NCBI GenBank assembly: GCA_046563655.1
Contig: CM102285.1
Span: 10,168,001-10,232,000 of the forward strand
Length of the DNA stretch: 64,000 nucleotides
Direction: 5' to 3'
DNA from: Yuukianura sp. NJ FZ-2021
Taxonomy: Eukaryota
Part shown: one piece after another, positions 1 to 10,897 of the stretch
Numbering within the stretch: position 1 is the first letter of the stretch
Layout of the letters: each line of letters begins with the position of its first letter
Made by a program: the position numbers and the translations under genes
Notes under the pieces: generated by a model
Database searches by the model: none
Told to the model about the DNA's origin: nothing
What the model saw: the letters and a program-made list of their open reading frames with translations, nothing else

Positions 1-10
1 CAAAACTTGC

Positions 11-3000
11 CTTTAGAAAGCCAACAAGGCACGGCTGTGGCTGGGAATTGACTTCTTTTTGTAACCGATCCGAAAAATCTTCCGCATTTACTTTTCCGTC
101 TACTAAACCTTGGATGAGGCCGCGTACATTTCTGGCCACTGTCTGATTTTGCTTCATTGACAGTTCCAGAAGAAATGACAGAAAGTTTTTACATTTCTGC
201 TTTGCAGTATCCGGTGTCATCTACAAAAATGCGGGTAGCAAGGAATTCATTAATCAACTTCATAAAACTGCCCATACCTCCCAAATATAAATTCTCTCAG
301 TCAAACCAAAAAAAGGAATCATACAGAAAAAAAAAAAACTCGAATTTTCAGGATTTTGTCGAGAAATTATAGAAGACCCAGGTCGAATTTTTTCAAATGC
401 TCACTCTTCCTCTCTTCAGTTTTCTACCATCAGTATCTCTCAGCTCTTTACACAAAAAAAGAAAGTCATTGATGAAAAGCTCATCGTCCGAATTTAAATT
501 CGTCCAAAAATCCGAAAAAAGTCCGAATAGAAAATATAAATTCAGGATAAAAAGACATGCTAGTAGCAGCGGCCAGAACAAAACGTTAAGAAAAAGCGAG
601 AGATACGGATGCCAGCATGGGAATGTCGGGGATGCGGATTTTGTTAGTAGTCTGAGACCGTTTTTGCTCATTTATGACATTACTGCGGAGAAATTCCAGA
701 AATGGGGGTTCGTTTTAGTTTTCGTTTAAAATTTACTTTAAAATACTGGACTACCTGGCTAACAGTAGTAGCGGTAGCAGCGATTGCGGATGAGGCAGTG
801 ATGGACGTGAGCACTGAGGAGGGAAGATGGCTGGACAGGGCTTGTGGATGTGGTGGCAGTACAACTGGATGCGGATGCATCTGCTGATGCTGCATTGACA
901 TTGAAGCAGTCATCCCCACACCACTCGGCTGGATATTTTATAATTTCCCATCCAAAAAATATAACAAATCACAGAAAACAAAAAAAAAATTGGTTTCAAA
1001 AATTATGTCTTTGAAAAGAACATTAAAAATCACATTCAATGTAAATCAAAAATTTTGACTTTTAAAAAATTCAGCATGCAGCCAACTTCACACGGCTTGC
1101 TTTTCATAATTGCAAGCAGTTTTCTCTCTACGCTCAATGTGCTTGGACACTTACAACAATTACTCAATTTCTGTAAAGTTAACATTTGAGTTCTTATTCA
1201 TTTCATTCGCTTTTTCAAAACGCGTTTTTTTTAAACGTTGTGCGCATTGACGTTGTTACTGCTCAAGTTTCTCTCACGCCTACTGCACATAAATAACACG
1301 CGGGAATAGCTGAAAACACTCAAGAAACCAAGTTTCGCTAACGATGATGCGCAAAATAATAAAAGTTATGCCCAAGAAGTTTAAAAATAAAAGATGACCC
1401 AACGCATGCACACATCTCAAACGAATGAAAATGAAAGTTTCCCCAAAAGTTAAATTTCAGTTTCATGCAATCTTGAAAGCCAAGACATTTTACATGCTCA
1501 GCTCAAAGGAAATTCACGGGACAGAGAGACAGGAAGGAAGTGTAGAGAGGCAAACAAATCAACAAAGTGCATGCAACAATGAAAGCAATATTCTAAACAA
1601 AAATATAGGAGCAAGGGAATGTGAACAAGGCATTGGAATTTCAAGTAAATTGTTTTTGGGGTGCTTTAAGTAAAAAAAGTAAATGAGGAAGTAGTCGGTA
1701 GTCCAGCCAAAAGAAGTTTTAAAAAGTATTACAGTAAAAGTAAGTAAAAGTTTTGTAAATAGGGTAGTCGAGAGAAAGAGAAGAGCATAAGAAAATATGG
1801 ACCTGGGTGATTCTAGTAGAGACACAAATGGATTTCAACTGTGAATCCAATGTCAAAATTTACCGAATTTGTTATTTGGTAAGTAAAGATCCGGTAAAAA
1901 TTCAAAAATTCAAAACAAATCAATCGTTTAGTACAAGCAATTCCCGCAAATCCTTGAAAACTAATTTTTTTTTTAAAAAAGCCAGAAAATTTCAAAATCC
2001 TTCTTGGGAAAACGAAAACCTGTAGCCGCAAACTGCATAAAACGACATCAAATCGGTTAAAATTAGAAAGTAATAAAAACAATTTTTCGTTTTCTTATGA
2101 AATGTGATAGAAATTCTGAAATTCTCTATTTTTTGGTTTGCTGCTTCTTCGTAATGATCCGTTAAAAATTAAAGAAAAACTGAAAATTGAAGAATATTGA
2201 AAATCAAAACAAAAAGAAGAGAGTTTATGAAAGAAATTGTGAAGAGGCTTGGGTAGACTTACGGAATTGCTGGCTGGAGCGGGTGGGACTGACGGAGTTT
2301 GAAGTCGACTATTGACATTCGGATTCAGAGTGGAAGAATTACTACTATGATTAGTGTTGCTGGATGTAGAAGTAGTCATGGAGGATGAGGCAGGTTGTGA
2401 CAAAGTGGTGGTAGTGGGAACTACGGCGACAGGAACAGAAGTAGGTAGTGGCTTAGGAGTCGTATTTGTCATTACATTGGGGGCAGTCACAACTCCACCA
2501 GAAGACGGTGGATGTTGAGCGTTCATGACTACAAAGGTCGTCTTGGCCGTAGATGGAGTGACATTGGTGGAGGTGGGGCCAGGAGAAGGAGCTGCGGTCG
2601 TGGATGTCAGTGGAACTGGGAATTGTACAACGACAGACGTCGAAACGGGCCCACCAACTACGGCAGGAGGTTGGGAAGAGGACTGCGGTGGGGCTGTGGG
2701 AGTGCCAGTTGCGGCAGTGGGTGCCGATGACGTGGCGGGCGATGGTCCAACTCTCAGAAGTTGGTACTGCCCATTCTCCGTCTTGACGAGGAGATGATGT
2801 CCCTGTGACCCTGGCGGAAGCCCCGGCAAAGCTTGCAGAGTGAATTGCTGCACAACACATACAAAGCACATCCATTAGTCTCCGAGAATAGTTAAAGGTA
2901 CCTACCGTACTCAATCTCCTCATTGCGTCATTGTATTGACAACTATAAGAATTGTACAAATCGTACTCCGGGCGATGGTTGACAGACCCTTGGAGAGGCA

Positions 3001-6000
3001 GGCGCTGATCGGAGAAGGGAGACAGCATGCGGGGGTCAGAGGTGAAAGTATTCTTAGGAAATGAAGGATTTGGGGGGTGAAAGTAGGCTCGTTCATGTCC
3101 ACCACTAGATGGCGGCGGTTCTAACCTACTCCTGATTGGCGTAACTCTACAAACTACCGGATACCCACCACCTCCCCCTGTCCCACCAGAATATCCTACC
3201 GGATGACCTTGACCTGACTGCTGTTCATGACCTACTGAATACCTAATTGGATTAGTTCCATAGTACCCTGATGAGATTGAACTTCCTCGTGGATTAGTAG
3301 TATACTGTGAACTGGGATGATGTTCCCTAGGAATATGACTGGTCGTAGTATGTTGAGCATAAGACGAAGGTGATTGATGAGCAATATGGGGGGAAAGTTG
3401 ACTACTATGACTAGGCCTAATACCTTGACCACTACTACTGCTAGTCCCTCCAAGAATCGGTGGAATTTGACCAACGACTGATGAGTGTGATGGAATTCCA
3501 GGAGTCGGGTAAATAAATTGACTAGATGTTGACGGGTACTTTGGAGAAATAGCCTTATCGTAAGGATCGAACTGTACAGGAGGTGGAGCGTAGGGTAGCG
3601 GTTTTCCAAGGCTGTTTGACGCTGGTCCTTGGAAGTAGTTGCTACCACCGTGAGCATGTCTCATTTGTACTGGCAGTTGAGTAGTAGACTGTGGATAGTA
3701 GTCCGTCGGCACTCTATTTTGCGTTTCCATATTTGAACTAGGTAAAATACTGGCTTGGATTGGTCTATGTGAGACTTGACCGGGCGTCCTAGTGATGTGA
3801 TGAAGCCATGGAGTTGGAGCAGCAACTCGAGACAGTTGCGGTGACGTAGGTGATGGCTTAAGTCTTGGAGACAACTGCGCATGTGCCGGTTGTACCTGAT
3901 GAGGCCGTACGTGTTGATTGTTGCGAAAATTGATTTGGTCGAATTGAGATCTATCAGGAGCAGGTTGTTGATGTGGAATGCTTAAGTTTCTCATTTGTTG
4001 ATTTGAATTTGGCGGGTACAGAGGAGATGCTTGATGGGGTTGATGCATTTGAAGGGGATGTTGTTGCTTCGAAGTAGCGTCGGGGTAAGTAGGTGGATAA
4101 TTTGGCGACATTGTCGCTGAGCCGACGTAGGAACTGTTGTATCGCGGTGAGTGTAAAGGTGGACGAGGTTCTGGAACTCTTATTCCCGCGTATTGATTGT
4201 GATGTGAAGGCGATTGATTAGGAATACTGTTTCGACGTTGCAAGTAGGCTCCAGATACTCCTGAAGTAGGACTGGTCATCACAGGAGAATGAGAAAATGA
4301 AGGCGATTTGTTCATTGGATCTGACGCAGACGCACTGATTTTCCGGACTCTTGGACTTTCTCCAAGGGGATGATTTTCTGTATACTCCAAAAATTGTGAA
4401 TGAAGGCCTGGATCATTTGTAAAAAATGGTTGATGTTGATGATGTTGCGGTTCCGCTTGAGGCTGTGGTGATAAAGACAGTAAGTGATTGTAGTTAAAGT
4501 CCGAAGGACTAAAAGTATTGGCCGAATAAGCACCGTAAGTATTCAATGAAGCGTCAGCAGGTTTTGAGCTAAAATTATTAGTACTGTGATCACGGACGAC
4601 ACGACCCTGCATTTCATGACTCGTACTATGTTGAAACGATGATGATTGCTGGATTTGATGACTTCCTGGAGGATTCGGATACGGTAGAATTTGAACTTGG
4701 ATCTGAGATGGTAATTCCTGATGATGAGGATATGTTTCCGAAGTACGACTTGACCTCTGTAGTACTGGCGAAGTTTGTGGAACTTGAAACGAGTGAGAAA
4801 TGACCGGAGTCACTGATTTTTCTCTCGTCCCGATCGGTTCCGGTTTCGGTGAAACTTGCTTCCCGGTAACAGGAAAGCGGCATGACACGTTTTCTTTTTC
4901 TTCAACCGATTCACTGCAAGCACCACTACTGTTGAAACTTCGTCCAGGATGAGTCTCTTTGACAAAAACTACTTCTGGCTCTGGTTCTGCCGTATGACTA
5001 ATTAATCCTAAATCAGGTGAAGGATTTTGATTGACGAGTAATTGCTCCTCGTAAGGTACAAGCAGCGCAGAAGACTCCGAGGGTTGAAGCTGTGGACTTC
5101 CATTATCACATCTTTCTTCTATTTTGGTCTCATCTTCTTCACTTTCTTTTTCCTTAAGACTTTCTCCACCAGCATCCCCCGGATCATGATCCAGAAGATT
5201 CTCTTGCAGGGCAAACTCCGTTCCAGAACTATCCGGCTCCGAAGGTGTTGGTGGTTGCGATGATCCAGAAATAGTATTGGAACTCATTTTGGGAAAAATT
5301 ATAATGTCACCATGACTTTCGTCAAATACTGTCACAGTAGTTGTAGTAGGCCGTGGAGACGATGCAGATGAGAAACTCAAGCCCTGATTTTCATCTTCCT
5401 GATCCTGACTACCCTTGGGTGATGCTGACCCTACCCGTGACCTCGTAGTACTATCTGGTGGACTCAAGGCTGAAACAGGGATTTGTTGAGAGGTGGTAGG
5501 ACAAGGAGAGGTTATTACAAGGTTAGTAACGGATTCAGTGGTGGCACTCTCACTCTGATTACTAATTGACTTTACGAGAACAGTTGAGCTAGAGACTGAG
5601 AGCGGAGGTGAGTGGGGAACCGTGGGTGAACTCAAAATGGAGTCTTGACACTGAGCAACGTCGTCGTTTTTTGCGTCATCAGCCGTAGGACTGGAAGCAG
5701 CACGAGGACTCAGCTCGTCAGGAGCAGCCGACGCTGACTCCCGGCTGGCAATAGTAGGTTTCTTAAGAAATTCAGACAACTCTGAAGTATATTCGAAAAC
5801 CTGGTATATACATAACGATAGTTTATAACATTAGCAACAATTAAATTTAGAGTTAATGCAACAAGGAGGGTAGGCTGTACTATCTACTTGAACAATGGAC
5901 AAGGACGAACGGGGTGTACTAAATAAACATCCAGTCGCTTCACCACCATTATTCCCGTTTAGCAAACAACATAACCAAGTAACAGTAACGTCAACTTCTC

Positions 6001-7368
6001 AGGCTTGTTTGCAGTAGTGGAACAGTTGAAATTAGAATTAAAAACGGAAGTTTAAGAGACATACTGGGAATATATAGCGACATTTCGATTCCAGTACGGG
6101 CCCAACATCGACACAACAAGGCTGGTTGGCGTTATAATTGAATAATCTATTGAATTAAAAACCGTTAACGTTATAAACCTCAGAATAGACAAATGTTCTC
6201 AGCATCAGCACATATAGGGGTACAGGTTCAAGTGCCCACCACCAACGTTTTTAAGAAAAACCGTGTTAAATTAAGTACCCATTCAGTCCTTCAGTCGTTC
6301 ACACATTTTACCCGAATTTGCCACATTAAGGTACAGGAAACCCGGAAAAGATGTAGTTTTCCCAAGCAAAAACAACACAAGGAGTTAAGTCGACAAATGA
6401 CAAATCAAATTCAACATCATACACTGCTGGAATCAGGTAAGTTGTTAAATTGGACAAAAAAAAACAATAGTAAAACTTTATCTACCCTAACCGTAACCCT
6501 AAGCATATTCTTGGCACAAATTTCATCTCTGCCCATCCGTACAGACGGCTCCAGTCGTGTATTAGCAGCGCTCCCGCATACAACTATTACTGCTTTATCC
6601 TATTCTCACGCTTGGTTCATACGATTTGCTGGACAAAACGGATTCATTATACAATTTTTTACACAATTGAATGATTTATGCTTGAAGTAATAAGTAATGT
6701 TTAACTCCGAGCAATCGATGAACCAAACTGGAGAAAATAGTCAACCTTACTATTTACCGCAATAATACATTATGTAATACTGCTGACAAATACTGCTCCA
6801 GCAAATATTGAGCGAGCGCACGAGCGGTTGGTTGGGTCCTGATACCTTACATAGCACATGTACAGGTAGAAACTGGTGAATTCGCCAATTCTTAAATATG
6901 TACTAGGCAACGGCTATTGGTAAAGTAGTTCTTAATTTTTGCGTAGGTTTTGAATGAAATGCTATGTTGTAAAACCCATTCATCAATTCAACTCTAAACT
7001 GTAAGTGTAAACATTAAAAGCAAAATGTTTTGATCTTTGTATTGCTTCCGTTATGCCTCCCATTCCCATGCTAAAGCTTAACATGCGCTTCCATAAGACA
7101 GGATCCAACCAAACGCTCGACTTTGATAAACGGCTTAAACAGAATAAACAAAGTAAACAATTTGTACTGATGATTGATTAGCTGATCTTTGTAAAGATAA
7201 ACGATAGTTACTAAACTCGGTTGTAAACGTTTTACTTACGCCAGGTTGTCCTGGTCTAGCACCAATCACTTGAGGTCCCAACATTATTCTTGGTGTCGTT
7301 ACTACCTTCGTGGCGATGGTTTGATTTGGGACGACGTTGTTGGTCGGTACTGGTTGGTCCATTTTCAT
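11..7368 (-). CDS. TAF4: TFIID subunit TAF4 (TAF110-like), 5' part; gene continues beyond position 1
   Basis: Spliced exons 7368-7240 (MKMDQPVP...GARPGQPG, gtaagt donor), 2847-2263 (QFTLQALPGLPPGSQGHHLLVKTENGQYQLLRVGP, arthropod TAF4 N-terminal motif), probable cassette 928-755 (58 codons), and 220-11 (MTPDTAKQKCKNFLSFLLELS...NVRGLIQGLVDGKVNAEDFSDRLQKEVNSQPQPCLVGFLK = TAFH/NHR1 domain). All junctions are phase 0. Confidence 0.9.
2906..5800 (-). CDS. Giant 2895-nt (965-codon) alternative exon of TAF4, S/P/Q/H-rich low complexity
   Basis: Core of the 1108-aa ORF 2453-5779. Acceptor ataccag|GTT at 5800 and donor ACG|gtaggt at 2906. A 58-nt intron (2848-2905) joins it in frame to the QFTLQA exon. 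Confidence 0.7.
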
Positions 7369-8451
7369 CTTTAACTAGTTTTAAATAAATGTTGTATAAT
7401 TGGATAAATCGATTATTTGGGGGATAGATGACTGTGACATGACACTGTGGACTGTATTAGAGAGAGACTGACTGTATGGGATGAGAGGGAGAGACAGGAG
7501 ATAGAAGTTTCCAACGACACAGTTGCTCTCCAACTAACAACTCTACGTACTACTTCCTCCAAGGTTTTCTAAAAGGCGCACAACAAAAGCAGCATTTTTG
7601 CAATTTTGCAATGGCTATTCCTCCAATTTGGCAATTCAAATTGATTTAAAGTTGGTCCAAAATTGATAAGTAAATTTATTTATTCACAAGCAAACTTTAT
7701 TAATTAAGATAAAAAGCAAACGATTTTAAACCCAAGAACAAAAAAATCGGTTTTTTGTTGAACAGAGCACCTTGTTAAATTTTGATTTCATATTGCCATG
7801 CCACCCGCACACTAGCAGTATTGTTGTTGTTTTTGAGTTTTGCCATTTTGCAACGTGCGTTTTGCAATTGCCAAATGGTAAAATTGCGAAATGCTTTTGC
7901 ATCATCATCACCCGCCGACCCAAACCACCACAGAAGCCGCCCTCCCCCGTCTCTGTGAATCCTCATCTGCGCCGGCGCAGGAGCTCTACTATTCTACGCT
8001 TCCTTCCTACAATTTAGAATCACAAAAATCCCTCGTCTTTTTTCCGTTCTGTTTTTTTTTGCCAAAGAAGATGCCTATATAAAGTGGAGAAATGCTCTTT
8101 AGGAAGATGAGACTTGGGAGTTGATCCGGAAGATGCTGGGGAGGGTACACTCAGGGTCATGCAGCATGAATGACTCGAGTCATGCTGGACTGGAGGTCAT
8201 AGTTTGATCAATCTTACAAACAATAGCATACTTCAGTTCATCTCAATAAGATTAAAGTAACTTTTTCTTAAAACTGAATGTGTATTTTTGAAAAATAGTC
8301 AGAAAGATTCAGAAATCAGAAACATGAAATCAGTTTGATCAATATCTTTTAGCAATGGCATACCTACCTCTGTGTCTCTACAAGTTTATCGCTACTAAGA
8401 TTTTTTGGAACTGAATCTGTAACGTTAAAGTTGTTGCAATTGCTTTTGGCG

Positions 8452-10469
8452 ATGCCTTCTTCATCTAATACCACAGTTGGTGGGGGAAGTAGTGCCAAAA
8501 AGAGTGCAGGGTCAAAGGTCAAGAGAAAGGTCAAGAAGAAGGACGAAGAAGCAGAGAGAAAGGCCGAGGAAGAAGCACAGGAAGAAAATGAAATTGAATT
8601 CCAAAAGGCATTGTTGGAAGTGCGGGTCAATGAACTGGAAACACTCAATCTGGGGTTAGCAATTTCCAATTTGAGTTGTCTTAAAAAAATTATTGCTTTT
8701 AGAATTAAATCTTGTTTGGATTTAGAACGGAATTGTCAGTCCGATTGGGGTTTGGTTTCAGAAATTATGATTTGAGGAATATATTTCAATTAAACAAAAT
8801 TGTAATAAAAAAAATCTTGCTTTACAAACAGCCTGAAGAGAAAGTCAGACTATTTGGAAAGTCAAAACGACATTTACAAAACACAACTGCAGGAGCTCCG
8901 AACCGAAAAGGAAGAGTTGGTTGGATATTTTGAAAGAGTATGGAAAGAAGAAAAGGTCAAGGTCACCCATTTGGAGGAGAAGGTCAATGCACTCACGGAG
9001 GTAATTTCAAATTTGAATTTTCAATACAAAATTAATTCTTATTCTTATTAAGGCTTCTGCGGCGTGTCTCTAATATCTTGAATTCAGAAAACTCAGAAAT
9101 TCAATTTTAATTCATATTTGACGTCTTTACTTTCACTTTCAACGGCGGCTCTGCGCTTTATACGTACGAAAAATAACAATTTTCGTCTTCACAGTTCTAA
9201 TTTTGACACTTTCGCTATTTCGTTTTCAGGAAATTTCAACTGCAAGGAGTTCCTATCAGCAAGTTTTGGCAAACAAGCAGTTGGAGTTGGCTGAACTGAA
9301 AGCAACATTACAAAAGGAAATCCAGGATTTGGGTAGGTCTTGTACAGATTTTTATAAAAATGAGTTCAATTGTCAATTAAATTAAAACAATGAAATTAAT
9401 TTGAAATCTGAAATTTTAAATTTGCGCAGAGCTGCAGTTAGCAAGGATAGAAGAATTTCGTGTGGAGAAGGATGACCTAACCCAGAAATTTCGAAAATTG
9501 GAACAGACGCTTGAATTTGAACGGAAGGAACATGCTGCTAAATACGAAGCACAGGAAAATGAAGTGATCATTTACAGAGAAACGATCAAGCAGGAAGCTG
9601 TGGAGATGCTTGTCCAGATTTCAAAAGACATTCAAAAAGCTGGGAAACTGTGTTTGAACGGAGCGGTGAAAGCAGCAATTGCAGCCAACGTTGAGCTAAA
9701 ACCAGCAGTAATAACACATTTTAAACTGAAATTGGAATTTCCTTTTGAACAAAATTTTTGTGTGACCTGTGACCTTTGGCCTTTTACATTTTATTGAATT
9801 TGACCTTCATTTTGAATTTTTTAACAGCTTGAAACTGCCAGTAAAGACAATTTGGCCTTACGGGATCGATTGGATAGCGCTGCCCTTGAACTTAAAAAGG
9901 CAAAAGCTACTGCTGCAAAACTGGAACATGCGAAAGCCATTGAACGGAAAAAGTGTAGCCAGTTGACAAGAATTTTACAAATTCTAGCGGAGAAGCAGGC
10001 AAAAATGGACGAGAAAATTAAGAAAGTTACACAAGTTGAGCAAGAATTAAGCAAATTACAAATGCTGCATTCAATGTGCAAATCGGAAGAAGAGATTCAG
10101 AAATTGATTCGATTTAAAACCCGGGATTTGGAGGCAGAAAATGCAGAAATCAAAACTTCAGTCCAAAATTCCATATTTCTAGAAACCGAATTGGGAAAAC
10201 TTCGGTCCATCTTCCTGAAGCTTTCTTTGACCATGAAAGACTTGACTGAGGTGAGACCATGAAATTTTTTCGATCAAATGCTGGGAATCTAATATCAAAA
10301 CTCTGATTTTTAGGCGTCAAATGAAGAAGAATTTGAGTTTTTGTGTCAAAGGTTAAAAGTAATGCTGGGGAAAGTGCATGCGGTCACTTGCGAATTTCCA
10401 AACCTGAGCCAGCAAATGAAATCGCGTCTTATGGTCAACGCTCCTTCGGTTTTGCCATATTTCAAGTAG
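8452..10469 (+). CDS. CFAP157: Cilia- and flagella-associated coiled-coil protein, CFAP157-like
   Basis: Exons 8452-8654, 8832-9000, 9230-9332, 9430-9707, 9828-10250 and 10314-10469 splice in frame with GT-AG. Basic K-rich N-terminus, long coiled coil, and LARIEEFRVEKDDLTQKFRKLEQTL resembling the conserved CFAP157 LxxLEEFRxxKEE segment. Confidence 0.7.
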
Positions 10470-10897
10470 AGGTCATCACAACAAGACAATTTTAACGCAG
10501 GGGTCATCAAGTTAATACAGATGAGTCATTTTGTACATTCCTTTGACATCCTATAAGAAAACCGATCTAGCCATTTACGATTCCTTTGGACAAGAAAATT
10601 AACACCGAAGTTATCTTAACGGGCCTCCTACGCTGTCCATTAGCCAATTTTATACACACGAAATCAAAATGTGCAGTGTATCGAACAAACGCGTAAAACT
10701 TTTTATTGCCTGATGGAACTATACTAGTTTATTTCTGTAGCTTGCCAATTTATAGTCTTTAGGGACATCATATTTTCACCACAAACAATGCAATGTACAA
10801 ACAAAGGACACAATGTCAGGTGAACTGCTCACTGCTGAAGACCAATTCCAAGTCAGAAGAAGCAACGTCTGTCTACAATTCTAACTGAAGTATCATC

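Noticed and set aside
6193..6690. 165-aa plus-strand ORF antisense in TAF4 intron 1
   Set aside because: No recognisable motif and intron-like composition.
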